From assembly GCA_964188305.1 (NCBI GenBank), contig OZ076888.1: DNA of 64,000 nucleotides; one strand, 5' to 3'. The notes under the pieces were generated by a model. That model ran no database searches and was not told the origin of the DNA. It worked only from the letters and a program-made list of their open reading frames with translations. How positions within the stretch are numbered: the stretch's first letter is position 1; every line of letters begins with the position of its first letter. The translations under genes and the position numbers were made by a program. The stretch comes from Podarcis bocagei (taxonomy: Eukaryota). Shown here in pieces: positions 51,041 through 62,900 of the stretch.

Positions 51041-51892
51041 CAGTGGTACCTCGGGTTACATATGCTTCAGGTTACATACGCTTCAGGTTAAAGACTCCGC
51101 TAACCCAGAAATAGTGCTTCAGGTTAAGAACTTTGCTTCAGGATGAGAACAGAAATCGTGCTCCAGTGGCACGGCAGCAACAGGAGGCCCCATTAGCTAA
51201 AGTGGTGCTTCAAAAAAAGGATAGAACTTTCATTATGTACGCTACAACAGCAGCAAGAATACTTATTGCAAAGTATTGGAAGATGCAAGACTTGCCCACT
51301 TTGGAAGAATGGCAGATGAAGCTGATTGACTGTATGGGACTAGCAGAAATGACTGGCAGAATCCGTGACCAGGGAGAAGAGTCAGCAGAAGAAGATTGGA
51401 AAAAATTCAAGGACTATTTACAAAAATACTGTAAAATTAAGGAATGTTGAATGATGTTGGATTGAAATTAAGTGGTTTCTAGCTGTAATGGTACAAAGGA
51501 ATATGATAAAATGGTTTTCTTTTTATAAGTAAGAATTTAAGGTTATCATAACCTAAGATGTTGGAGAGAAAATAAGGTGTTTTCTTGGTTTTTTTTCTTT
51601 TAAGCTGTAATGCTTTGAGATATGGATTTGCTGCACAAATAATTTGAACTGGATATACAAGAAGGGGAGGTATGAGGAGGTCAGGGAAATATGTTATGAG
51701 AAAATAAGTTGTGAAATTTATGTGTTTTTAACTTTTTTATGTTTGCTTTTTTCTTTTTGTTTGTAAAAAATTGGAAACTTTAATAAATATCTTTTTTTTA
51801 AAAAAGCTAAAGTGGTGCTTCAGGTTAAGAACAGTTTCAGGTTAAGTACGGACCTCCGGAACAAATTAAGTACTTAACCCGAGGTACCACTG
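51041..51892. mobile_element. Same Tc1/mariner MITE family, opposite orientation, interrupted by an L1 fragment
   Basis: TA-CAGTGGTACCTCGGGTTA ... TAACCCGAGGTACCACTG-TA; the two halves rejoin across the TSD AGCTAAAGTGGTGCTTCA. Confidence 0.9.
51213..51804 (+). mobile_element. 5'-truncated L1-clade LINE (ORF2 C-terminus, 3'UTR and decayed A tail)
   Basis: Open frame ...YATTAARILIAKYWK...PTLEEW...DWKKFKDYL...* (stop 51450) typical of non-mammalian L1 ORF2 ends; T-rich 3'UTR; AATAAA 51782-51787; 18-bp TSD at 51195-51212 and 51805-51822. Confidence 0.88.
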
Positions 51893-54800
51893 TACAGTCA
51901 TTTCGTCCGCCTGTCTCCATAGAATTGTTCAAGTGAGCTGACAAGTCCAGACAAGGTGGGGTCTGTCTCTCTACCGCATGTATAGCGGTAGATACCTATT
52001 AACCACTTTTATATTTTGTAGTAAATATTACAAACCCTTGATTTTCACCCAGGGCGGAGTCTGTGCTCTATTGCTAGTTCCCTCCCCTTAATAATAGCAT
52101 GCAAACTTGAATAAAATATTGGGGGGAGGGCAGGTAAGCCCAACCCCACATAATTGATCACAAGACTTGGCACACACACTCCATTTGAATGGCAATGCCT
52201 ATAAACTGCATGGGGTGGGGTGCTGACCCTCTCAAATGTTTTTTGTTTTTTTTTAGGGGGGGCTGAAGGGATCTTGGCCCCTAGGAGTTGGCTCCTATGT
52301 TAGCATGTGTCATGACTCGGCTCAAGATCTTAAGAAAGATGTTTGGGTGGGATACATGTATTTGCGTGACCACAGTGTCACTGAACAGACAGGGCATGTT
52401 TTACAACAGGGAATTTCATAAACGTTAGGAGTTTTTGAGTTCTGGGCACAGTACTGCGCCTAAGATTTCAGATTAACTTCCAAGAGATCACTGCAGCATC
52501 AGGCAAGCTGATAGGTTCTGCCTCTCAGCTGGCCTCCTGGAAAGAGCGTTTCGCTCTCGGCGGCCTCAAAAATGAACGTAAAATTTTAGCTGCAACTCAT
52601 TCATTTTCAGCTTTATATTCTTGTTGTAAAAATGTGCACCTATAACCTAGGTTTAAGGTGCGTTTAGCTCCTAGCTTTCATACCTCGGTTTCTAATACTG
52701 CCCCAAAACAACCCAGCCGCTCTATTTGGAATATTTCTGACAATATGTCCAGTGACGAACACTCTTTGCCCAACCTGATTTAGGTTTACTGGGCTACCAA
52801 GCAAAGGAAATAAAATTGAATGCCATTTCTGGCAAGGTTTATTTATTTATTTGGGAGACAAGTGACACAATTCTGGGTTTTCTTTTGTATGCAAACATTC
52901 CATAAAATCAAACTAACTGAATGTCAAGCCTCCATTATGCATTGCTGATATCATTTTTTTAAAAAAATAAATTTATTAGCTAGCCATGTTGCTTTGTAAT
53001 GGTTTTGTAATTCAACCACTTGGGGTGATTGCATGTAATGAAACACTCTTGTTAGAGAAGATAAGAGTTGCATGATCCATTTTGGATATACTTTTTAAAA
53101 TGGTTGCTATGTAAAAGAGACCTTTGATGACTACATAACGTAGCAGGAAAACGTCCCTCATATGCTCAGAACTGGAGCAGTGTTTCCATAAACAAAGTGT
53201 TCAGTTTCAATGTCTTGGGGTGAGGCATGAACTGCTTTTGTTAAAATTGGACAGGGAGCAGGATACAGTATATTAATTGAGGTCAGAGTGTAAAGGAAAC
53301 AGAAAATCTGCATGACTGCATTCATGACGCACAAGGCAAAAATAATGTCTTTAGATTTATTTTGAAAGGAAATTTCTAGTCCTCATGATTATGGAAAATA
53401 ACTTTTTTTAAAAAAATTGTATGTGCAGATACTACTAAAGGCCTTTGAAACTGAGAGATTCTTTTGGGGGGTATACATCAGTTCAGGAGGGACCCAATTA
53501 GCCTCACTGAAAAATATATTCAAGGATTGGTTTATATAAATGTTGTCAGATAGTTTGTTGTAAGTAAACAATTTTGTTGTAAGTAAATGATTTAATCTCC
53601 GTATCCATGTATATTCACACAAACTAGGAGTCTTTCTCCCCAGCCCAGTATAAACTCTGACCAAAACCTGAGATCTGTGAAGCTCTAGCATGAGATTTCA
53701 AACTGGTAACTCTAGTGAGCAGTTTATTGATCTGTTTGGAGCTTATTAAAGCTGTGAAGAAGGTCACTGTTATTCCCATTCGAAAAAGGGAGGTGCTGCC
53801 CTCACGATCCTTCATTTTAGAGTGAGGATTTGAAAATATGTCTCCCATGTTTAGCACCCCAGCCCAAACCTGTTTACACAAGGTCAGTACAACTGAAACC
53901 AGTGTGATATAATTTGATACACATGTTGGATTGAAGTGCAAAGCTGTAATTAAACACTCTCCCTTTCATGTATTTAAAAATATATCCTTATTACTCTTTT
54001 TAGATGGTCCAGTATTAGGAATAGCATTTTACATGCGCTAGTTTTGTGGGGAAAGGCATTTTTTTAAAAAAAAATCAGTGGTGTAACCCATGAAACACAA
54101 AACACCTTCTAATCTCTTATCAAATAACCCACCTCCACACAACACACACTGTCTTTCTGGCATGCAGAGTGGGGTTTACCAATTTCATTACCTGGAAAGT
54201 ATTTCTCATTTGAAGTTCATATTCCATCACATGTGTTTTTAATTGTAGACCAAAAAAATAAAATACAGTTTTTGCAACTAAGATTTACATACTGCTCCAT
54301 CTCCAGAAAACAAAACAAAAGATTTGGATCCCTTGATCAGGAAACTTAAAAGTACAACTCCCTCCATCTATGTCCAGTCTTATTTTTCATACAGTTCAAT
54401 AAAAACATCAATGTACATGGACAGCTTAAATATACCCAGTAAATCAAGGTGGGAAATAACTAAATGAAAGAAAATTAATGTCAAGGCAACGTGTTCTGTA
54501 TGACAAATGAGGTAATAACTGAAACAAAATATATGAAAATATCATGTTCATTCCTTAATAGCAGTGATGTCAATATGTTCAAGGACATCAAATAGCCAAC
54601 AGACTCCTACAGTGTACCCATTTTACGTGAATTACTTGGCAGTCAATTCCATTTACTTCTGCTGGACTTCCTCCTAAGTAAGCATGCATCGACTCAGGCT
54701 GCATATTTTTGGATGTGGCCATTCCTTAACAAAATGACAAATGACTCTTATTATATTTCCAGGGGCAAGCCTCATTTGCAGAAATTCACCACCGTGGGAA

Positions 54801-56364
54801 ATACAATAGAAAATTGCCACTGTGACCAATGAATAACGTCGATTTTGGGGAGCCAGGAAAGAGATTGGTTCTGGCTTAGATTATGCTAGTAAAAGTTTTG
54901 CACATATCCACAGTTTACATCATCAATGATCAGCATGTCTCCCAGAGTTCTTATTCAGTCTTCTTGGAACCACGTCAATAGGGATTTGCATGGTTTGGGC
55001 TATTTGGGTTGTGTGGTAGCTGGAAGGCACAAAGCTCTGGACCAAGGCACAAACCATGGAAATTAAGACGGCCTCTTCTTGGCCACATTTTCTATACAGC
55101 ACTCGGCTCAGTGTATCTTGCTGATAGCTGCCAGATCTCAATCTCCTCTTTATTATCTTTCACTACATATGGCATTTGCTGAGTGTGCATGTAACCTTTA
55201 TGCAGCCACTTTGAAGTAGAGATCTCTATGCCTCACTGTCTTTTGAACTCTTCCACAGTTATTTAGAAGGGTGGCTGGCAAGGGTGCTTAGGAAATTTAA
55301 GGCAACCGTAAGCACATTTTTTACTGGGATGTCCCACTGAAATCAACAGTAATCACTTCCAAGGGAAAATGGTTGGGGACCATAAAAAGACCTTTGCCAT
55401 GGCATAGCTCATTGTGAGAGGGCATAGCTCACTGGCACATCATCTGCCTTGCATCCATGCAGCCCCTGGCACAATCTCAGGTCACCAGGGTTAGTAAAGA
55501 GACTGGCGGAGGCCAGCCAGAATAACCAATAACTTGGCTAGGTAAGCATTGAACTGACTTCATATATAAGACTGAATAAATGACTCTGCGCAATAAAACT
55601 CTTTACAAGTCTGCCCAAACTTCGCTGGAGACCTTTGCAGCAGAATGCATGAACTGTGAGCTGTGCACAGGTCGGCTGCCCCCTTGTGGAGCGTGGCTCG
55701 ATTCTCCTGCATCTCGGGAGAATAATTTCAGAATAAAGACATTTGTAAAAACAGTGGCAACATGCTCTTGAAACTTGAGTCATGCGCCTGTCAGAATCAT
55801 GAAAGGTATAAGTATATTAATGTTTACTTCCCTCCTTAAATGTTGAGAGCCACCTGATAAATTGGAACCTGACAAATCACCTGATAAAAATACGTAAAAT
55901 AAATTCCATACAATTAAATATGTAAATTACCTACAGTCTTCACACTCCCATTTCCCTCATGGCCCTTTGTGGCGAGCAAGTTATCTAGTTTCTCCCTTGG
56001 AGATAAAAACAGGAACTTTCACTATTCCACAAATGATTTCTCCCTAACTCAATCTATTCCATATTGTATTCCTGAAGGCATAACCCAAGGACATCATTGG
56101 AAGAGGAAAGCTCATCGGTAAGTGCAACAAATTTGTCTTACGAGAGCCTGCGATCCCCAAGCGCCACACTTGAGCTGCAGGAGAATAAAATACAGCTCTG
56201 TAATTCAGTTATAGTACTTAATAGGCTGCGCCAGCTTAAATTTATTCAGACCTATTGAAACCGAACCAAATGCCTTTGTATGCTAGGTAATAAAGTTCAC
56301 ACAATTATTCGCTCACAGATAAAGGTAAACAAGCTGAATGAAACTGGAGTCCTAATAGCTTCAT

Positions 56365-56365
<1 letters not shown>

Positions 56366-56408
<43 letters not shown>
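56366..56408. repeat. (GT)n microsatellite
   Basis: Direct read. Confidence 0.97.
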
Positions 56409-56412
<4 letters not shown>

Positions 56413-58661
56413 GCTCCATGACAGCTTTAAATATGACATTTAGAATCTGAGCAGGGAATATGCAGGATGTGTAGCCAAAATTCAGCAAGGACCATATGCG
56501 ATGGCTTTTTAAGTCTTTGCTGTCATTTGCTTCCCATTTCATCTGCTGGGCTCCAGTAATATGCTCAACTGGGGGTCTATTCAGTATTGCCAGCCAATGC
56601 TGTGGACAGGAGCATCTTTTGCAGCAGGGGGAGGAAAGGCACAGGGGATATTCATGTTGGCATTGGGAGGGGCTCTGTACACTGCTATGGAGAGCCCAGT
56701 TAACACCACAGGCTCTCCGCAGGGAAGAGTGGGGCTCAAACTGCTCTTTCCCTGTGGAATTACAGCACCACCCCTCTCAGTGTTATGCATAAGCCATGCA
56801 TAGATAGCCATGTGTCCGAGAATGATAGCATTACTGGTCCAGAACTAAATATAATTTCATGATTCATTCAAGGATGCCATCACCCCAAGTTCAAAAATCT
56901 TAAGGAGGCTAATGAATGATGCAATTCATTCATTCATGTGGTTTCTGTCCTAACTCTTTGTTACCAGGTGAACTCAAAGAAGGTTACAACATACTGGATT
57001 TAAAACCACAATTAAATAAGAATGAAACAAATACAAATCTGCAAGAAAACCACAATTAAACCAGTTAATTACAATGTTTCTAACATGTTCCCATAAGCCT
57101 CCTGAAAGAACAACAAAATGTTACCTAGGCAGTCTCCATAGAGGAAAGGGAGGTTCTACAGTCATGAGACTTCCACCAATAAGAACCAGCTCCAAGACGT
57201 AACCAATTTCACGCTCAGTGGTAGGTGGCACATTGAGAAAGGTCTTCCAGTAAAAGATGCAGAGAGCTATGTGGAAGCAGGTATCTCTTCATGTTATCAG
57301 AGGGTGGGGCGCAGTTCACATACCATAAGAACAATATTAGTTTTGTGGTTGTTTTTAATGGTCCTCTGGCACACTGCTTCACGTGCAGAAGATACTCCAC
57401 TTACAGGATGTTGAATTGTTTATGCCCATAGTTCATGAAGGGCAAATTGAATATGGCAGATAAACAGTTTGCAAAATTTAACAAAAGTAGGGCATCTGCA
57501 TAGCAGGATCTTTGAGCTTTTATGCACTCCACAACAATGGAAACCTGAGAAAGTCCCATAACATTTTATGGAGGTCGCAAAGCTGTCAAACATCAAAAAC
57601 CAGCTTTTTAACCAACACCTCTGTATAATGTGATACCAGTTCATCATATTACAAACAACTTAAGTACTAGCCACACCACAAGACACCAAAGACTGAGCAA
57701 TGCAAAAATGAATGACAAAACCCTCATGATTTTACCTTTAGAGCTTTGTTTGTGCCATCCCATTGTGTCAATATCAGTGAAATATCAAGGAGGCAATGCT
57801 AGTAAATCAATCGCAAGAAAAGTGACACAAAATACAACTCAAGACATTTGACCTCTTAAAGTCTTAAATTAATGGGCTCGACTCAAGACATTCAATTGCT
57901 TGGTTTGCACATCACAGGACGGTATGCCAAACTATGACTTACTGGAACTGTGTGAATATGTGGGCTCCTGGAGAGAAGGTTGCAAATGCTTTTGCCTCTC
58001 CCTAAACCTTTTTACTCCCAACCCAGCACTGAGCTAAGGGAAAGTTTAGTTAGCATGCTGTTTGAATCTGGGCTCTTAGTTAAGCTCTCTGCTCACTAAC
58101 CACAAGCCATAGCCAAGATTTATAGTTTGGCTTACTGTGACGTGTGGAGTAGGCCAATGCAAAAAACACATACAAAACCCAACTAAGCACCATAAAAGAT
58201 TTCAGACATGAGGTTGGTTCCACAAAAGTCACCTGTATTTCCCAAATAATTCACCACATTTGGAAAGTTTTCTATGGTCAATTAAGTATTTTCTAGGACA
58301 TGGAACTTTTCTTGGCAATGCTTTCTGATCCTTCCAATCAGACTGCCATTTGGCTAGTCCAAACTGCATAATCCAGAGGTGCTAACCTTTTTTTTTTCCT
58401 GACAGGGCTCCAATGCTAAACACTTCTCACCCTGACCACCAACCCAGGACAGAGAAGAAAGGATTGAAAAATGAGTATCTGCTGTAATTTTGTATGCCAC
58501 AAAACTTTTACAAGCTCAGGAGGCCTATATGAAAACAAAACTGGCTTCATCATACAATTTGGACAGGACAAATAAGAAGTGATTGAAGAAGCCATTGGTG
58601 TTTAAACTGCTTTAAATTTGTACAAACATACTTGAAATGCAGATTGACATGGTAGCTAGTA

Positions 58662-59016
58662 AGGTAAAGGTAAAGGGACCCCTGAACGTTATGTCCAGTC
58701 GCGAACAACTCTGGGGTTGCGGCACTCACCTCGCTTTATTGGCTGAGGGAGCCGGCGTACAGCTTCCGAGTCATGTGGCCAGCATGACTAAGCCACTTCT
58801 GGTGAACCAGAGCAGCACACGGAAATGCCATTTACCTTCCTGCCACATTGGTACCTATTTATCTACTTGCACTTTGACATGCTTTCGAATTGCTAGGTTG
58901 GCAGGAGCAGGGACCGAGCAACGGGAGTTCACCCCGTTGCGGGGATTCAAACCGCCAACCTTCTGATCAGCAAGCCCTAGGCTCTGTGGTTTAGACCACA
59001 GCGCCACCCACGACCC
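58662..59016 (-). mobile_element. Full-length Sauria SINE (GGGACCCCTG subfamily)
   Basis: (AAGGTA)n tail, B-box and head present; TSD GGTAG(C/T)TAGTA at 58651-58661 and 59019-59029. Confidence 0.92.
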
Positions 59017-59899
59017 AAGGTAGTTAGTACATCACTGTAAATAGCCTACTGAAAGCCTCAGCAACAAGAGCTTTCAACACTTCAGAAATGTAAATATTTG
59101 AGCACAATAATGTTGTCTTCAAATTGCTATATATTCAGCCAGCCAACCAGCCATGTAGTATCCATTTACTTCAACAGAGGATGCAAAAGAGGGCAGCACA
59201 ACTCTCCGTGATATGGATGGAGAAGGCACAAAATAATTGTTTGATGGAAATACACTCCAGACTAGGTCCACCATGCAAGTACATCAGTTGATTTCTCTCC
59301 TTCTGATGGCTGGGACTTTGACATGCAAACTGATAGCTCACATTAGAAAATTCATGCAGAAACTGCTTAATTCTGCCTTCTGATAGGCATTAAATGCTGA
59401 CGTGGAAACTCTTCTACAAGAAGCGCCAAAATAATGGCTGGTGCTTCGTATTACAAACATAGCCAAGTGAGTTATCCCAATAGTTATCCCATTTCCAGCA
59501 GTGTGCATGGTCATTATACTGTACGTTGTGCCATTGTAACTGAAGTGATGGGAGGTGATATCTGGAGGCTTCATTCATGCATACAAGTCACCACTTGATG
59601 ATTCATCAGGTGATTAACATGTGCATGCAAACCAACCCATGGTAATCCGAGACCCATAGATAGTTTAAGCATAAGGAGGTGTGTTTAAAAGACCTTGTCC
59701 AGAATATTAACTTGCACTCTGAATTTCCTTTTCAACTTTTCTAAAGACGAACAGCAATGTTATTCTAGGTAACTTTTTTTGTGTGTTCGCTGTAATCTGT
59801 TACTCAAAGGAAGTTCCCGTTTCATATATGGTTATTTCCAAATTATATTTGAAAGGCAACTAAGAAGTGCTTTGAGCAATTTAATTTTCAACGTAGTAT

Positions 59900-60070
59900 A
59901 GATGTTTGAATGTTGGACTAGCATGGGGGAGACCCAAGTTCAACTCCCACTCAGCCATGAGAGAAAACCACTCACTTAGGGTGACCTTCCACCCCTGCCT
60001 AACAGGGCTGGTGATAAAATGGAGAACCATGTACACTGCCCTTCAGCTCTTTGGAGGAAAGGCTAGATAG
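59900..60070 (+). mobile_element. Old CORE/MIR-like SINE
   Basis: TGTTGGACTAG..GGAGACCCAAGTTCAACTCCCACTCAGCCATGA..GGGTGACCTT..GAACCATGTACACTGCCC..GGAGGAAAGGC. Confidence 0.55.
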
Positions 60071-60837
60071 TAATTAATGAATCAAGTGGGTTTTTTATAT
60101 CCTTTTGTTATATGGAAATCACTTTGGGGTCACTTGTGAAAGCAGCTTACAAATGTTTCAGATAAATCATACTGAAGGAAACTATGGTGTTCAAGACAGA
60201 TAGGCTGCGCTGACTCCAGCTACAGAAATAGAGGCTTCTGCTCCCTGCCTTGCAGGCCTTTTTCCTACTGGCCTGGGTGGGCAGGGCCCTGACTGACTCC
60301 AGCTACAAAAGCTGAGGCTGCGTTGGGGTATTTTTTATAGGTTGTTGTTATTGTTGCCAGGGGGTGGGGAGTTGTTGCTGTTTTCGGTACTATTTTTTGT
60401 ATGTTTATTTTAGATCTTATTATGATTTATGCGAAAATGGTTTAATTTGGTTGTGTACCTTCTGAGGTTTTATTTATTGTTTTTGACTACTTTTGCTACA
60501 TTTGTAATTATGTATTTTTTTCATGTTGTAGGCTGCCTTGAGCATGGCTTTAACTATGGAAAGGTGGCATACCAATAACATGTCGTATGTGTGCAATTGT
60601 AGTAAATCTCAACAGAAGTTTTAAACAAAGATTGTTTTCCCAAAGTGCTCCTGATAATGCAGACAAAAAAATGTAAAAGGGGGGGGGGGAGGAAGCCTGC
60701 CCACTCAAACAACTGCAATCCATATTGATTTTCATTTAAAAGAGAGGCAGGGAGGTGGGGACAATCCCTACTTTGAAATGCTTTACTGGAAAAGAAAGGC
60801 AAAATTGAAGTTGGATGAAAATTACTAAATGTCTTAC

Positions 60838-60950
60838 CTTGGCAACAGCCTTGCCTTCACAATTGTTATTGGAATCTTTAAAGCCACTGAGTGAATCTCT
60901 TCTCTGTGGGCATGACTTCTTTTTGCGTGGTCTGCCTTTAAGATTTGGCG
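60838..60950 (-). CDS. ARID5B: ARID5B exon 5 equivalent ((A)PNLKGRPRKKKSCPQRRDSLSGFKDSNNNCEGKAVAK), 113 nt
   Basis: Acceptor TTTTCAG|CGCC at 60950, donor AAG|GTAAGA at 60838; phase 1 in, phase 0 out. Confidence 0.96.
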
Positions 60951-62300
60951 CTGAAAACAAACAGGCAACAATTTCAGCACAATTTCTTACAAAGGGGTAA
61001 CACAGCTGAACACCAGTTGAGCAGTCTTCAAAAACAAGCATGCACCTTGAAGCAGCCTACGTCTCCCTATAATAAACAAGGATGTTATTGCCAGTAGTAG
61101 AACTGTTTCTAGGTCACATATTTCTACATTATATTTCCTGCCACCCCAGCTAATCTGTTGCTATTAACATATGACAAGGATCCAAATGAATGTTGAGAAA
61201 GCACAAATTGCTGTCTTGCAAAACAAAAGATCAGATGGATGAACATCTTTCATACATCCATTTTATTATGTAAAATGTAAGCATTAACTTGATTCCTTCT
61301 TCTGGGAATTTCCTTATAGTAGAAGGTATTTGATTAGCCAATGTTTATGTGCGTCAAAGATTTTCTAAGTTGAAAAAAACAACCACTTCCATATATAGCA
61401 CAAAGAACAAAATAATTGATTGGTACTTCTGTATAGTACAGTTCAACCGCTAAAGGCATGAGACAAACAGAAATGCAATCCTCACTTTATCAAATCAGTC
61501 TCTTTAATGCTACACTTGAAGTCTTTTTTAACAGAACTGAGAGATTCCACAATACAGAAAAACTCTGAGTTCCTCTTTGATAACCAGTATATACTACATA
61601 TAGGTCAAACAAGGAAAACACACATTTAGATGTCTTTTAAACACGGGCATGCACACACACACAATATAATGCTGATTATGACAAAACTATGAGGAAAAGA
61701 ATGAAGTAGTTGTTTTGTTCTGTAAGAAAAGTGACCCTTGTGTGCTCAGTCACCGGACTTCAACAACATTAAAAACGATAAACAATCATTAACTTGTGAT
61801 TATAGTGGAGATAACTTGCTGTAACCCCCCCTTTTAAAGTAACCATTGTTTTCATTACTTCCAGGGACGATTATAATAATGTCAGAAATCGAAACACCAC
61901 AAGCCTCTCGAGTGGCTTCTAATTGTTTCTAATCTTACATTTGTCACACAAGTGGTTTCAGGACATTTTACATTTTAATTAGCTCTCAGATGCAAGGCTG
62001 CTATAATTTGATACTGATGCTCTGGAGAAGAAGAAGAAAAACCCAGTTTCCTGCTGGCAGTGGTTCAAGTGGAGAACGAAAACAAAACAAACACATCACC
62101 CCTCAGCTTAAAAGCAAAGGTCCCACCCCAAACCTTCTTCCTTCGCCCCCACAAATGTTTCATGCTTCAGCACTGCCTGCCGCTAAGTGTTTTAGAAAGC
62201 AACTCCAAGGTTTGGCATCTGAGGCCAGCATGCGAAAAGGGGGGGGGGAGGAAAGGAAAAAGGGAGGAGGGGATCAAGAGAGAGTAAAAGAAATTATTAC

Positions 62301-62304
62301 CCAT
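62301..62304 (-). CDS. ARID5B: Coding end (ATG G) of the alternative first exon of the short ARID5B isoform; splices to exon 5 to give M-A-P-N-L-K
   Basis: Minus strand reads CTGGAATGG|GTAAT: ATG with G at -3 and G at +4, followed by a GT donor in phase 1, which exon 5 requires. Matches the known mammalian short isoform starting MAPNLKGRPRKKK. Joined CDS 4+113+205+53+98+199+2142 = 2814 nt = 937 aa + stop. Confidence 0.82.
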
Positions 62305-62900
62305 TCCAGTCGACAAACATCTGCTTGATTTATCTCTCTACTCATGAATGCTGCAGCATGTGACTGCGCGCTCACTACATCCCTGGAAGTAGTCTCGACT
62401 CGGTGTGCATGTCAGTCTTACACAGAATGAGCGCTCGGAGTATTTGCTTGGCGCTTACAAATCCCCTCCCCCTCAGCTGCTCCGTTACTCATATAAACAC
62501 AGATGAGTGACTCCAACAGAGGAGAGTGGGATGTGCACTCCGGACTCCAGCTCTCTAGCGGCTGACACCCTGCCAAGAAGCCTGCTCCCTCGTTTACAAA
62601 TGTAGCTCATGATTTCATCCTAATTGTTTTGTTGCTCATGACCTCTTTGCTCGACACCAGTTGGAGAGCACGCCACGTTCCACAAACCCAGGGTCGCTTT
62701 TAAGGCCCAGAGAGAGAAAGAGAGAGTGTGTGTGAGAGAGAAGGTGTCAATAATATCTCCCTTCAAAAGAGGTTGCGTCAAGCCCAAAGTGCTTTCTCGA
62801 TTTATTGCAGCCTTATGCGAGCACTAAAATTTAACGACTGCCGTAGAGTAAATGGGGCAAATTCATGTCTGGCAAAAGCACCTGAAGTTGCTCAAATGAC
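62305..62900 (-). promoter_or_regulatory. ARID5B: Internal promoter and 5' leader of the short ARID5B isoform
   Basis: Locally CpG-richer, repeat-free stretch upstream of the ATGG|GT donor. Minus-strand TGTTTATATGAGTAA (forkhead/TATA-like/AP-1-like), CAGCTG E-box and GGGGGAGGGG within 62463-62500. TSS is inferred (~62460-62500), not observed. Confidence 0.55.

Noticed and set aside
51133-51450. 105-aa ORF as a host gene
   Set aside because: Chimera of MITE sequence and the truncated L1 ORF2 C-terminus, with a non-ATG start.
60736-61041. 101-aa ORF as a standalone gene or extended exon 5
   Set aside because: Only 60838-60950 resembles ARID5B and it is bounded by good splice sites; the flanks are intronic read-through.
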